A stretch of 64,000 nt of DNA, taken from NCBI GenBank assembly GCA_036403095.1, contig DASWRQ010000080.1:29073-93072 (forward strand). The letters run 5' to 3'. The position numbers and the translations under genes were made by a program. This stretch comes from Kutzneria sp. Its GTDB lineage: Bacteria > Actinomycetota > Actinomycetes > Mycobacteriales > Pseudonocardiaceae. The notes below the pieces were generated by a model. That model was not told the DNA's origin. It saw only the letters and a program-made list of their open reading frames with translations, and did no database searches. This document shows, in pieces, positions 1 through 9,797 of this stretch. Each line of letters starts with the position of its first letter. The stretch's first letter is position 1.

Positions 1-1243
1 TCAGCGCGACGCTTCCGGTGGACTCCTCGCTGATCGCCTTGCCCAGCCCGGTGCCGAACGGCGGCAGCCCGGCCAGCGCCAGCGCGCCGAGGGGGAGCAG
101 CCACTTCGTCAGCCGCTCGTCGCGTCCCTCGCGGTACAGGTCGAACTCGTCGACGCTTCCCTTACGGGCCAACAACACGCCGACCATCAGGAACAACGCG
201 CCCTTCACGCCGGCATGGCCGAACACGTACACCACCGCGCCGGCGACGCCGGCGGCCGTCAGCGTGGCCAGCGCGACCAGGAACAAGCCGAGGTGCGCGA
301 TCGTCGAGTACGCCAGCATCCGCTTGAGATGCCGCTGCATCAGGCACAACACCGCCCCCAACACGGCCGTGGCGATGCCGAGCACCACCAACGTCCAATG
401 CAGCGACGAAGCCGGCAGCACGCCGCCGAACACGGTCGTCGACACCCGCAGCACGCCGTAGAGGCCGAGCGGCGCCATCACGCCGGAGAACAGCACGCAC
501 ACCGGCGTCGGCGCGACCGCGTGCGCGTCGGCCAGCCAGAAGTGGAACGGCACGATCGCCGCCTTCACCAGCAAGCCGGTCAGCACCAGCACCAGCGCCG
601 CCAACACCAGGACGTCCATGCCGTGCCGGTCCAACGCCGCGCCGATCTGCGGCATCCCGAGCTGGCCGGTCCGCGCGTACAGGATCCCGATGCCGGCCAA
701 GGAGAAGTACGCGCCGAGCGAGGTCACCACGCCGAAGGTGAAGCCGCCCTGCACGGATCGGGGTTCCTCGATCTTGTGCCCGGTCAGCGCATAGGCGGTG
801 GCGCTCATGAGTTCCAGGAACACGAACAGGTCGAACAGGTCCGCGGTCAGCGCGAACCCGACCATGCCGGCCATGAACAGCAGGATCAGCACGTGCACGT
901 GCGCTTCGGCGTCGTCGAAATACCGCCAGGTGTAGATCAGCGCGCACGCCGTCAGCGCACAGGCCAGCAGCGCGAAGCCGGTGCCGATCTGGTCGGCGGC
1001 CAGCACGATGCCCACGCTCGTGCCGTCTTTCGGCGTCCACCCGCCGACCCACGTCACGACACGACCGGAATCCGTGGCCACGAACAACAACGTCATGGCC
1101 GCGACCCCGGTCACGGCCGCGACCATGGCCACCGTGTCCACGACGAGCCGCGGCACGAACTTGGCCAGTGCGAGCACCACGCACGCGCCGGCCAGCGGGA
1201 TCGCGATGCCCAGCGGCGGCAGCCAACTCGGGTCCACGATCAC
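1..1243 (-). CDS. mrpD: Mrp/Mnh antiporter subunit D-like (complex I subunit 5 family), runs off the window edge
   Basis: GTG at 1243 overlaps the mrpC stop (GTGA). Translation MIVDPSWLPPLGIAIP...FVFLELM...LVKAAIVPFHFWLADAHAVAP...HAGVKGALFL...LAGLPPFGTGLGK; frame still open at position 1. Confidence 0.85.
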   Translation of the reverse strand, partial: MIVDPSWLPPLGIAIPLAGACVVLALAKFVPRLVVDTVAMVAAVTGVAAMTLLFVATDSGRVVTWVGGWTPKDGTSVGIVLAADQIGTGFALLACALTACALIYTWRYFDDAEAHVHVLILLFMAGMVGFALTADLFDLFVFLELMSATAYALTGHKIEEPRSVQGGFTFGVVTSLGAYFSLAGIGILYARTGQLGMPQIGAALDRHGMDVLVLAALVLVLTGLLVKAAIVPFHFWLADAHAVAPTPVCVLFSGVMAPLGLYGVLRVSTTVFGGVLPASSLHWTLVVLGIATAVLGAVLCLMQRHLKRMLAYSTIAHLGLFLVALATLTAAGVAGAVVYVFGHAGVKGALFLMVGVLLARKGSVDEFDLYREGRDERLTKWLLPLGALALAGLPPFGTGLGKAISEESTGSVAL

Positions 1244-1575
1244 CCCCGCAGCTCGTCGAGCTTGTCAGGATCGACCGTGCCCTGCCGTTTCGCGATCTGG
1301 ATCACCAGCGCCAGCAGCAACGCCGTCACGGTCGCGGACACGACGATGTCGGTGAGCGTGAGGGCCTGCACGACCGGATCCACCACCGGCCCCGGCGCGC
1401 CCTGCACCGGCGCGGAAGCGCCCTGCTGAAAGCCGATGCTGAGCAGCAGAACGTACGTCCCGGACTGGGCGACCGCCACGCACACCACCGTGTGGATCAG
1501 GTCGCGGCTGCGGACGACGCCGAAGCAGCCGATCAGCAGCAGCCAACCGGCGACCAGGTACGGCAGCAGATTCAC
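1240..1575 (-). CDS. mrpC: Mrp antiporter subunit C (NuoK-like)
   Basis: 111 aa, hydrophobic, DPVVQALTLTDIVVS motif. Confidence 0.85.
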   Translation of the reverse strand: MNLLPYLVAGWLLLIGCFGVVRSRDLIHTVVCVAVAQSGTYVLLLSIGFQQGASAPVQGAPGPVVDPVVQALTLTDIVVSATVTALLLALVIQIAKRQGTVDPDKLDELRG

Positions 1576-2306
1576 TCGGCCTCCCGGACGGACAGGGCCT
1601 GCGCCAGGAATCCGGCGAGCAGCACGATGACGCCGGACGTCACCGCGGCGCCGACGGCCACGTTCAGGAAGAACACCGTCCCGGACGAGAACAGGTCGCC
1701 CAACACCCCGCGGGGCAGCGTGTTCGCCAGAAACGCCCCGGTCAGCAGCAGTCCGACCAGACCGAGCACGACAAACGCCCCGGTCGCCACCGCCTCCGCG
1801 ACCTGGTACCAGGCCAGCGGGCGCAGTCGGCGCAGCATGCGATAGCTGCCGGCCACATAGAGCAGGTGCACGGCGGTCGCCAGCACGACACCGCCCTGGA
1901 AACCGCCGCCGGGCGTCAGGTGGCCGTGGGTCACGACGTTCGCGCCGACGAGCAGGGTCACCGGCAGCAGCAGGTAGCCGAGCAGCTTGGTCGCCTCCAG
2001 CACCCGGCCCTCGTCCTGGCCCAAGCCGTCGCGTTCGTCCTTGGACGGCCGTAGCAGGGCGGCCGCGCCGACCACGGAGCCGAGCAGGATGGTCTCCTCG
2101 CCGAGCGTGTCCAGCGCGCGCTGGTCGAAGTTCACCGACGACACGACGTTCGGCGACGACCGGCCGATCGCCGCCGGCACCGACAGCTCCCGGTACGGGT
2201 GCACGAGCCCGCCGAACTCCGGCATTTTGAGCAAGGCCAACACGATGAGCGTGCCGACGCCGCCGGCGCCGAGCCAGAACACGAGCCAGCGCACCGACCG
2301 CGTCAC
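1572..2306 (-). CDS. mrpB: Mrp antiporter subunit B (MnhB domain)
   Basis: NVVSSVNFDQRALDTLGE and HGHLTPGGGFQGG motifs. Confidence 0.88.
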   Translation of the reverse strand: MTRSVRWLVFWLGAGGVGTLIVLALLKMPEFGGLVHPYRELSVPAAIGRSSPNVVSSVNFDQRALDTLGEETILLGSVVGAAALLRPSKDERDGLGQDEGRVLEATKLLGYLLLPVTLLVGANVVTHGHLTPGGGFQGGVVLATAVHLLYVAGSYRMLRRLRPLAWYQVAEAVATGAFVVLGLVGLLLTGAFLANTLPRGVLGDLFSSGTVFFLNVAVGAAVTSGVIVLLAGFLAQALSVREAE

Positions 2307-2542
2307 TGCTTGCCTCCCCGGACCTTGCGCACGGCCAGCAGCACCATCAGCGGCACCACCGCCGAGCCGACCGCCACCTGTGACAGCGCCACGTCCGGGG
2401 CCTGCAACAGCACGAACAGCAGCGTCAGCAGCACTCCGTACACGGAGAGCGTGACGGCCTGCCGCCCCGGCTCCCGGGTCAGCACCACGACCGTCGCACC
2501 GGCCGCGACCAGCAGAAACGCCGCCAAGAGCAGCGGGGTCAC
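2303..2542 (-). CDS. DUF4040-type small Mrp subunit (matches the MrpA C-terminal part)
   Basis: LQAPDVALSQVAVG motif; GTG start overlaps the upstream stop. Confidence 0.8.
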   Translation of the reverse strand: MTPLLLAAFLLVAAGATVVVLTREPGRQAVTLSVYGVLLTLLFVLLQAPDVALSQVAVGSAVVPLMVLLAVRKVRGGKQ

Positions 2543-2820
2543 GAGTCCACGATCCCGTCGTGCTGGGCCGCGACCCGCCCGACCGCCGCGGTCAGCACCG
2601 GCCCGGTGATCCCGAGCAGCGCCACCGTCAGCAGGACAATGGCGGTGGTCAGGCTCCACCCGTTCGTCACGGCCAGTGCCAAGCCGATGAGCGGCCCGCC
2701 GATGGACGTCACCGGGGTCAGCCAGTGCAGCCGGCGGTAGAAGTCCTTGACCACCAAGGCCCCGATGGACGACGCCACGACCACGAGGCTGCCGGCCGCC
2801 AGCAACACCGTGGCGATCAC
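2539..2820 (-). CDS. mrpG: Mrp antiporter subunit G
   Basis: DFYRRLH motif, three hydrophobic segments, operon context. Confidence 0.8.
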   Translation of the reverse strand: MIATVLLAAGSLVVVASSIGALVVKDFYRRLHWLTPVTSIGGPLIGLALAVTNGWSLTTAIVLLTVALLGITGPVLTAAVGRVAAQHDGIVDS

Positions 2821-3071
2821 GGCTTCGGCCCGAGCAGCCGGGTGTACACCAGCGTGCCGGCGAACGCGAGCAGCACCAGCACGAGCGGCACGATCAGGTA
2901 GCTGGACTGGCCGTCACCCTGGATCGCCACCAGCAGCGTCAACGTGCCGACCACGGAGGCCAGTTCCAGGCCCACCAGCCGATCCACCGGACCGCCCCGG
3001 GCCACCAGTGCCAGCGCCGGGACCATGCCGCCGAGCAGCAGGGCCATCGTCGCGATCTCCCAGCCGCTCAC
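2817..3071 (-). CDS. mrpF: Mrp antiporter subunit F
   Basis: RGGPVDRLVGLE...LLAFAGTLVYTRLL; GTG overlaps the upstream stop. Confidence 0.8.
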   Translation of the reverse strand: MSGWEIATMALLLGGMVPALALVARGGPVDRLVGLELASVVGTLTLLVAIQGDGQSSYLIVPLVLVLLAFAGTLVYTRLLGPKP

Positions 3072-3436
3072 TCGTCCCCCAACGCGTGCACCAGCAGCGA
3101 TTCGCCGTCGTCGTCCAGCACCACTGTGCCCGGCGACGCCGACACGACCACCGTCTTCACGCCCTTGCGCAGCGTGGACACCGGAATCCGCCGCAGCTCG
3201 GTCCGCCGGCTGAACAACGCCGCACAGCCCCGCGCGATCTCGACCGGCAACGTCCACGCTTGAGCGGGCCGCCAGCGCCCGTCGTAGGCGCCGCGCAGCA
3301 GCGTCGCGGCGACGGCGCAAGGCACGGCCAGCACGGCGGCGACCAGCAGATCCTGCCAGTTCACCGCGCTCAGCGTGGTCAGCCAGACGCCGACCAGCAC
3401 CGCCCACCACACGACCGATTCGACGGCTCTTGCCAT
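3068..3436 (-). CDS. mrpE: Mrp antiporter subunit E-like
   Basis: Hydrophobic N-terminus plus SASPGTVVLD...LLVHAL; first gene of the operon. Confidence 0.7.
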   Translation of the reverse strand: MARAVESVVWWAVLVGVWLTTLSAVNWQDLLVAAVLAVPCAVAATLLRGAYDGRWRPAQAWTLPVEIARGCAALFSRRTELRRIPVSTLRKGVKTVVVSASPGTVVLDDDGESLLVHALGDE

Positions 3437-3445
3437 GCCCGCCGG

Positions 3446-3498
3446 ATGCCCTGGTCATGACCGGCCGAAACCCGGTTGGGTGGCGGCGGCGCGGGTAT
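3446..3498. promoter_or_regulatory. Back-to-back SigB/SigF-type promoters (mrpE / SRPBCC)
   Basis: Minus strand GTTT(3471-3468)-N16-GGGCAT(3451-3446); plus strand GGTT(3474)-N15-GGGTAT(3493-3498). Confidence 0.7.
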
Positions 3499-3508
3499 TC
3501 GACACGCT

Positions 3509-4072
3509 ATGACCACGATCGAGAAGTCCATCGACGTCAACGTCCCGGTACGCACGGCGTACAACCAGTGGACCCAGTTCGAGTCCTTCCCGGAGTTCAT
3601 GGAGGGCGTGGAGCGGGTCATCCAGGTGGACGACACGCTCACCCGCTGGGAGACGAAGATCGGCGGCGTCTTCCGCGAGTTCGAGGCCCAGATCGTCGCC
3701 CAGCACCCGGACGAGCTGGTCGCCTGGAACACCGTCGGCGGGCCGACGCACGGTGGCGTCGTCACGTTCCAGGCGATCGACCAGGCCACCACCCGGGTGG
3801 CGCTGGCCATGCAGTACGAGCCCGAGGGCCTCACCGAGAAGGCCGGCACGGCGCTCGGCATCGTGGACAGCCGGATCAGCGGCGACCTGAAGCGGTTCAA
3901 GGAGTTCATCGAGAAGCGGGGCCAGGCGACCGGTTCGTGGCGCGGCGACGTGTCAATGTCTCCCCAAACTCACGCCGCCCAGGAGCCGCGGCCCGACCAG
4001 CCGCCGGAGACCGACCCGGTGCTCGGCGACATGCCGGGCGTCGAACCGGAGAACTACCGCGACCGCTCCTGA
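3509..4072 (+). CDS. SRPBCC (polyketide cyclase/dehydrase-like) family protein
   Basis: SIDVNVPVRTAYNQWTQFESFPEFM...DLKRFKEFIE. Confidence 0.9.
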   Translation: MTTIEKSIDVNVPVRTAYNQWTQFESFPEFMEGVERVIQVDDTLTRWETKIGGVFREFEAQIVAQHPDELVAWNTVGGPTHGGVVTFQAIDQATTRVALAMQYEPEGLTEKAGTALGIVDSRISGDLKRFKEFIEKRGQATGSWRGDVSMSPQTHAAQEPRPDQPPETDPVLGDMPGVEPENYRDRS

Positions 4073-4581
4073 TCGCCGACCGACTGATCGCCGACCGGCC
4101 GGTCGCCGGATGACTGGTCGCTGAACCTCTGATCGCCGAACCTCTGGGGCCACACGAACCACAGCAGCGCGAACAGCAGCCCGATGACGCCGCCGAGCAC
4201 GCCGCCGACGACACCGCCGAACACGACATAGCCGATCAGCAGCACGGTTCCCGCCATCGCCGCCGCCAGCAGGATCAGCCCGAGAATGACGAACCGGCTG
4301 GAGCGGTCCACGATCGCCTCGCGCGCGCCGCGCCGGAACAACACCCGGTGCCAGGCCGCCGGGGCGATCAGGAAGCCGACCGAGGCCGCGGTGAGCAGCA
4401 CCACGACCACGTGGGTTACGTGCACGAAGTCGCCGGCCTTGCGATAGCTGTCGGTGAACACGACCGACAGCAGGAAGCCGAACAGGACCTGCACGCCGTT
4501 CTGGGCGACGCGCAGCTCCTGCAGCAGCTCGCCGACGTTGCGGGCCAGACGCTGGTGACTGTCCGGCTCCGGCCCGCTCAC
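4054..4581 (-). CDS. DUF6328-family membrane protein
   Basis: [25 protein letters not shown]...APAAWHR; GTG overlaps the ctaD stop. Confidence 0.8.
   Translation of the reverse strand: MSGPEPDSHQRLARNVGELLQELRVAQNGVQVLFGFLLSVVFTDSYRKAGDFVHVTHVVVVLLTAASVGFLIAPAAWHRVLFRRGAREAIVDRSSRFVILGLILLAAAMAGTVLLIGYVVFGGVVGGVLGGVIGLLFALLWFVWPQRFGDQRFSDQSSGDRPVGDQSVGDQERSR
4069..4143. repeat. 15-bp degenerate tandem repeat x5 (ctgatcgccgaccga) at a convergent gene junction
   Basis: Units start at 4069, 4084, 4099, 4114 and 4129; the first contains the SRPBCC TGA. Confidence 0.8.
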
Positions 4582-6236
4582 GCCGTCTTCTCCTTGAGGT
4601 GCGGGTAATGCAGGTCGAACGCGGGCCGCTCGGAGCGGATCCGGGGCAGGGCGTGGAAGTTGTGCCGCGGCGGCGGGCAGGACGTGGCCCATTCCAGCGA
4701 GTTGCCGAAGCCCCACGGGTCGTCCACGTGCACGATCTCGCCGTAGCGGTAGCTGCGCATGACGTTCCACAGGAACGGAAGCATGGACAGGGCGAGGATG
4801 TACGAGCCGACGGTGGAGATCGAGTTCAGCACCGTGAAGCCGTCGCTGCCGAGGTAGTCGGCGTACCGGCGGGGCATACCGGCCGCGCCCAGCCAGTGCT
4901 GCACCAGGAAGGTGGTGTGGAAGCCGATGAACGTGGTCCAGAAGTGCAGCTTGCCCAGCCGCTCGTCCATCATCCGGCCGGTGATCTTGGGGAACCAGAA
5001 GTAGACGCCGGCGAAGGTGGAGAACACGATGGTGCCGAACAGCACGTAGTGCAGGTGCGCGATGACGAAGTACGTGTCGGTGACGTGGAAGTCCAGCGGC
5101 GGCGAGGCCAGGATGACCCCGGACAGGCCGCCGAACAGGAACGTGAGCAGGAAGCCGATCGCGAACAGCATCGGCGTCTCGAAGGTCAGCTGCCCGCGCC
5201 ACATGGTGCCGATCCAGTTGAAGAACTTGATGCCGGTGGGCACCGCGATCAGGAAGCTGGTGAACGAGAAGAACGGCAGCAGCACCGCGCCGGTGGCGAA
5301 CATGTGGTGGGCCCACACGGTCATGGACAGGCCGGAGATGGCGATGGTGGCGTAGATCAGTCCTTTGTAGCCGAAGCACGGTTTTCGGCTGAACACCGGG
5401 AAGATCTCGGTGACGATGCCGAAGTAGGGCAGCGCCACGATGTAGACCTCGGGATGGCCGAAGAACCAGAACAGGTGCTGCCAGAGGATCGCGCCGCCGT
5501 TGTGCGGGTCGAACACGTGCGCGCCCAGCGTCCGGTCGGCCAACAGGCCGAACAGCGCGGCGGTCAGGATCGGGAAGGCCGCCAGCACCAGGAACGAGGT
5601 GAACAGGATGTTCCACGTGAAGATGGGCATCCGGAACATGGTCATGCCGGGGGCGCGCAGGCAGACCACGGTGGTGATCATGTTGACCGCGCCGAGAATG
5701 GTGCTCAGGCCGGACACGATCAGGCCGGCGGCCCAGAGGTTGCCGCCGACGCCGGGGGAGAAGACCATCTCGTTGAGCGGCGCGTAGGCGAACCAGCCGA
5801 AGTCGGCCGCGCCGCCCGGCGTGACAAATCCGGAGACGACGATCAGGCCGCCGAACAGGTAGAGCCAGTACGACAGCGCGTTCAGGCGCGGGAATGCCAC
5901 GTCCGGGGCGCCGATCTGCAGCGGCAGCACCAGGTTGGCGAAGGCGAACACGTTCGGCGTCGCGTACAGCAGCAGCATGACCGTGCCGTGCATGGTGAAC
6001 AGCTGGTTGTACTGCTCCTGCGAGAGGAACTGCAGTCCCGGCTGCGCCAGCTCGGTGCGCATCAGCAGCGCGAGCACGCCGCCGACGAGGAAGAAGCCGA
6101 ACGTGGTGATCAGGTACATCTGCCCGATCCGCTTGTGATCGGTGGTGAACAGCGTCTCCTCCAGGACGCTGCCCTTGGGCTGCCGCCGGGCGTGAACCGG
6201 CGGCAGCTCAAGGGTCGGTGGCTTGGTGGTGGTCAC
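4578..6236 (-). CDS. ctaD: Cytochrome c oxidase subunit I (copy 1)
   Basis: [38 protein letters not shown]; GTG overlaps the TPP enzyme stop. Confidence 0.95.
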   Translation of the reverse strand: MTTTKPPTLELPPVHARRQPKGSVLEETLFTTDHKRIGQMYLITTFGFFLVGGVLALLMRTELAQPGLQFLSQEQYNQLFTMHGTVMLLLYATPNVFAFANLVLPLQIGAPDVAFPRLNALSYWLYLFGGLIVVSGFVTPGGAADFGWFAYAPLNEMVFSPGVGGNLWAAGLIVSGLSTILGAVNMITTVVCLRAPGMTMFRMPIFTWNILFTSFLVLAAFPILTAALFGLLADRTLGAHVFDPHNGGAILWQHLFWFFGHPEVYIVALPYFGIVTEIFPVFSRKPCFGYKGLIYATIAISGLSMTVWAHHMFATGAVLLPFFSFTSFLIAVPTGIKFFNWIGTMWRGQLTFETPMLFAIGFLLTFLFGGLSGVILASPPLDFHVTDTYFVIAHLHYVLFGTIVFSTFAGVYFWFPKITGRMMDERLGKLHFWTTFIGFHTTFLVQHWLGAAGMPRRYADYLGSDGFTVLNSISTVGSYILALSMLPFLWNVMRSYRYGEIVHVDDPWGFGNSLEWATSCPPPRHNFHALPRIRSERPAFDLHYPHLKEKTA

Positions 6237-8026
6237 TTGCGGCTGCCGGGCACGAATTCCTGCAGCTTGGTCTTGATGCCCTGGGTGATCAGGCTGAAGG
6301 CGTCCGGATCGCCCTTGAGCACCGACTCCGCGGCCGCCTTGGCCTGCTCGAAGGTGGCGTGCGGCGGGATCGGCGGCACATTGGGATCGCAGTGCACGTC
6401 CAGCACCACCGGCCGGTCCGCGGCCAGCGCCTCGTCCCAGGCGGCGCCGAGCCGGTCCGGGTCGGTGACCGAGATGCCGCCGAGGCCGAAGGAACGGGCG
6501 ACGCCGGCGTAGTCGACGTCCGGCAGCACCTGGGACTCCTCGAACTTGGGCGCGCCGGTCATCGCCCGCAGCTCCCAGGTGACCTGGTTCAGGTCGTTGT
6601 TGTGCAGCACGCAGATCACGCAGCGCGGGTCGGACCAGCGCTCGTAGTAGCGGCGGATGGTGATCAGCTCGGCCAGGCCGTTCATCTGCATCGCGCCGTC
6701 GCCGACCAGGGCGATGGCCGGCCGGTCGGGATGGGCGAACTTGGCCCCGATCGCATACGGCACACCGGGTCCCATGGTCGCCAGCGTGCCGGACAGCGAC
6801 CCGCGCATGTCGCCGCGCATCCGCAGGGTGCGGGCGTACCAGTTGGCGGCGGAGCCGGAGTCGGCCGTGACGATGGCGTTGTCCGGGATGCGCGAGGACA
6901 GCTCCCACGTGATGCGCATCGGGTTGATCGGGTCGGCCGAGACCATGGACTCGCGTTCCATCGTCTCCCACCAGCGGGAGACGTTGGCCTCGATGGTCTC
7001 GCGCCACTTCCGGTCCTGCTTGCGCTCGATCTTGGGCAGCAGCGCGGCCAGCGTGGCGGCGGCGTCGCCGACGATGTTGACCTCGGTCGGGTAGCGCATG
7101 CCGATGAACTTGCCGTCGATGTCGATCTGGATGCCGCGCGCCTTGCCGTACTCCGGCAGGAACTGCGAGTACGGGAAGTTGGAGCCGACGATCAGCAGGG
7201 TGTCGCAGTCGGTCATCAGCTCGTAGCTCGGCCGCGTGCCCAACAGTCCGATCGAACCGGTCACATAGGACAGATCGTCCGGTAGCACGTCCTTGCCCAG
7301 CAACGCCTTGGCCACGCCCGCGCCGGTCAGCTCCGCCAGCTCGCGGACCTCGTTGGCGGCGTTGCGAGCGCCCTGGCCGATCAGGATCGCCAGCTTCGAC
7401 CCGGAGTTGATCACCTCGGCCGCCCGCTCGATCTCGGCGGCGTCCGGCACCGTGACGGTGCGCGGGTGGCTCGGCGGGCTGGACGGGGACTGCTTGAACG
7501 TGTGCGCGGGCGGCGAGTACGGCATTTCCTGCAGGTCGCTCGGAATGATCAGCGCGGTCGGCGCGCGCTCCGCCTCGGCCACGCGGATGGCCCGGTCCAG
7601 CGCGTTCGGCAGCTGCTCGGGCACGTTCACCTCGACCAGATAGGCGCTGGCCACGTCCTTGAACAGGGCCTGCAGGTCGACCTCCTGCTGGTAGCTGGCC
7701 CCCATCGCGCTGCGCGCGGTCTGCCCGACGATCGCGACCACCGGGACGTGGTCGAGCTTGGCGTCGTAGAGGCCGTTGAGCAGGTGGATCGCGCCGGGTC
7801 CGGAGGTGGCCATGCAGACGCCGACCTTGCCGCTGAACTTGGCGTAGCCGACCGCCTCGAAGGCGGCCATCTCCTCGTGGCGGGCCTGGATGAAGCGCGG
7901 CGTGTCGTCCGCCCGGCCGAAGGCGGCGACGATGCCGTTGATGCCGTCCCCTGGATAGGCGAAGACCTGGTCCACCTGCCAGTCACGCAGCCGTCCCAGC
8001 AGGTAGTCGCCGACGGTCTCGGCCAT
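6233..8026 (-). CDS. Thiamine pyrophosphate enzyme, pyruvate oxidase (PoxB)-like
   Basis: [40 protein letters not shown]...NNDL TPP motif; RBS gaggag. Confidence 0.9.
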   Translation of the reverse strand: MAETVGDYLLGRLRDWQVDQVFAYPGDGINGIVAAFGRADDTPRFIQARHEEMAAFEAVGYAKFSGKVGVCMATSGPGAIHLLNGLYDAKLDHVPVVAIVGQTARSAMGASYQQEVDLQALFKDVASAYLVEVNVPEQLPNALDRAIRVAEAERAPTALIIPSDLQEMPYSPPAHTFKQSPSSPPSHPRTVTVPDAAEIERAAEVINSGSKLAILIGQGARNAANEVRELAELTGAGVAKALLGKDVLPDDLSYVTGSIGLLGTRPSYELMTDCDTLLIVGSNFPYSQFLPEYGKARGIQIDIDGKFIGMRYPTEVNIVGDAAATLAALLPKIERKQDRKWRETIEANVSRWWETMERESMVSADPINPMRITWELSSRIPDNAIVTADSGSAANWYARTLRMRGDMRGSLSGTLATMGPGVPYAIGAKFAHPDRPAIALVGDGAMQMNGLAELITIRRYYERWSDPRCVICVLHNNDLNQVTWELRAMTGAPKFEESQVLPDVDYAGVARSFGLGGISVTDPDRLGAAWDEALAADRPVVLDVHCDPNVPPIPPHATFEQAKAAAESVLKGDPDAFSLITQGIKTKLQEFVPGSRK

Positions 8027-8065
8027 GATTCCTCCTCGCGTGAGCTTGCCGGTGTCGACAGCCGG

Positions 8066-8090
8066 GTACCCAGGCGCGAGGTTTCAAATC
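8066..8090 (-). promoter_or_regulatory. SigB/SigF-type promoter for the TPP enzyme-ctaD operon
   Basis: GATT-N15-GGGTAC. Confidence 0.6.
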
Positions 8091-8419
8091 CGGGTCGGGA
8101 CCCCGGCCAGCAGCCCCGTCGCCCACGCGGCCACCCGGGCCGGCGCCGGCCGGGTCTCGGGGCCCATGTCAGCGATGACGAGCAGGTCCTCGCCGCTGTA
8201 GGTCTCCACCGCCGCCGACCAGCCCCGGTCCTCCTCCCACAGCAGCGCGGCGTCACGGTCCGGGTAGCCGGCCAGGTGTCCGTCCACCGCCAGATAGACG
8301 CTGACCGGCCGCTCGGTCAGCACACACGCGCACTCGCAGCGCAGTCCCATTGCCGAGCTGACCCGGTAGACGTAGTCCCACAGGTCCCGTAACGCAGAGT
8401 CGTCGAAGTCCAGTTCCAT
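8084..8419 (-). CDS. DUF6292-like hypothetical protein
   Basis: AALLWEEDRGWSAAVET...PAPARVAAW pattern; GGGTAT -10 element at 8459-8454. Confidence 0.65.
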   Translation of the reverse strand: MELDFDDSALRDLWDYVYRVSSAMGLRCECACVLTERPVSVYLAVDGHLAGYPDRDAALLWEEDRGWSAAVETYSGEDLLVIADMGPETRPAPARVAAWATGLLAGVPTRI

Positions 8420-8498
8420 CACGCTCGTCACCCACCTCGGTAGCCACAGCCAAATACCCGGGCGGGCGGCAAACAAGCGGCGGCCTCAACTGTTCCGG

Positions 8499-8993
8499 TC
8501 AAGAGACCGATCCACCGGGCTCGACGAACACGGCCTCGACGGCCCGCACGCGCGCGTTCTCCAGAGTGTCCTTCTGCGACTGGGCTCGAGCGAGCAGCTC
8601 GTCGAGCTGTGTCCGGTCGAGACGGTCGTCGTGGTCGGCCAGCCGGCGCAACGTCTGCCAGCCGGCGGCCTTGCCGTCCACGCCCAGGCGCATCGCCTCC
8701 AGCTCGATGACGTAGCTCAGCGGCGACCGGCTGAACAGCCGGCCGTTGAGCTTGAGGCGGCCCAGCTTCTCGCCGAGCCAGCCGCCGGCGACCTTGAGGT
8801 GGTCCTGCTGCACGCCGAGCGCGTCCATGATGCGCAGCAGGCTCTCCCGATCCTGTTCGATGTCACGGGCGACGCCGGTCAGATCGGCGTCGTCGTGCTC
8901 GTGGGCGATGCGGCGGGCCAGTTCGACGCCGCCGGTCGCGCCGGCCAGGTGGTCGTTGAGATAGATGGCGAGCTCATGCCGGAAGGTGTCCAT
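8499..8993 (-). CDS. Conserved hypothetical protein, probably a four-helix/ferritin-like fold
   Basis: LAIYLNDHLAGATGGVELA...EKLGRLKLNG...SPLS...LEAMRLGVDGK; promoter GGTT-N16-GGGAAC 10 nt upstream. Confidence 0.75.
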   Translation of the reverse strand: MDTFRHELAIYLNDHLAGATGGVELARRIAHEHDDADLTGVARDIEQDRESLLRIMDALGVQQDHLKVAGGWLGEKLGRLKLNGRLFSRSPLSYVIELEAMRLGVDGKAAGWQTLRRLADHDDRLDRTQLDELLARAQSQKDTLENARVRAVEAVFVEPGGSVS

Positions 8994-9053
8994 GACACCA
9001 GGTGTTCCCGTCCTGACCTGCGGGCAACCGCGGCGCGGGATAGCCTGCGGCAC

Positions 9054-9764
9054 ATGGACCTCGAGGCGGCGGTCGACCGGCTCTACGGACTGCCCCGGGA
9101 ACGGTTCACCGCCGAGCGCGACAAGATCGCCAAGGCCGAGCCGAAGATCGCCGATCAGGTCCGCAAGCTGCGCAAGCCGACCGTCGCCGCCGCGCAGGCC
9201 AACCAGCTGGCCCGCGAGCACCGCAAGGACGTGGCCGCGCTGGTGGATCTCGGCCGCCGGATGCGGGCGGCCCAGGAGACGCTGGACGGGCCCGAGCTGC
9301 GGGAGCTGTCCCGGCGGCGGAGCGAGGTGCTGGACAATCTGGTCGGACGGGTGTCGAACGCCAACCCGGGTCTGCGGGACCTGCTGGAGCGCTCCTACAC
9401 GGACCCGGCGGCGGCCGAGGACCTGCTCGCCGGACGGGTCGTGACGGCGCCGGAGGGCAGTGGCTGGGGCTTCGACGCGGCGATGCCGATGCCGGACGCA
9501 GTTGCCCACAAGCGCGACTCCAAGCGTGACGAGGAACGGCAGCGGGCTTATGACGAGGCGGCGGCCGCGGACGCCGAGGCGCAGCGGGCGCTGGCGGCCG
9601 CGGAGGAGGAGCTCCGGTCCCGCGGCGAGGATGTGGACCGGCTGCAAGCCGAGCTGAGCGACGCCCGCGTCGCCCGCGACGACGCCGACGAGGCCGTCAA
9701 GCAGGCGCGGCAGGAGGCGCAGCGGCGGGCGAAGGCGCTGCGTGAGGCTGAGCGGCGCCGGTAG
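9054..9764 (+). CDS. Hypothetical protein with C-terminal coiled coil
   Basis: LYGLPRERFTAERD...LRKPTVAA; GC3-rich codon usage. Confidence 0.7.
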   Translation: MDLEAAVDRLYGLPRERFTAERDKIAKAEPKIADQVRKLRKPTVAAAQANQLAREHRKDVAALVDLGRRMRAAQETLDGPELRELSRRRSEVLDNLVGRVSNANPGLRDLLERSYTDPAAAEDLLAGRVVTAPEGSGWGFDAAMPMPDAVAHKRDSKRDEERQRAYDEAAAADAEAQRALAAAEEELRSRGEDVDRLQAELSDARVARDDADEAVKQARQEAQRRAKALREAERRR

Positions 9765-9789
9765 TTTCACCGGCGGTGACCGAGGGAAG
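9764..9789 (+). promoter_or_regulatory. SigB/SigF-type promoter (yihY-DUF47-pit unit)
   Basis: GTTT-N16-GGGAAG, 8 nt before the ATG. Confidence 0.6.
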
Positions 9790-9797
9790 TCGGGGGC

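Noticed and set aside
1-3436. NADH dehydrogenase (Nuo) or hydrogenase membrane arm
   Set aside because: The subunit set B/C/D/E/F/G matches Mrp and no soluble redox subunits are present.
4578-7007. Apparent N-terminal extensions or fusions in the ORF track (809-aa CtaD, 914-aa CheR, 838-aa catalase, 888-aa flavoprotein, 739-aa YbdK)
   Set aside because: The extensions overlap neighbouring genes in other frames; true starts are marked by an RBS, a GTGA overlap or a promoter.
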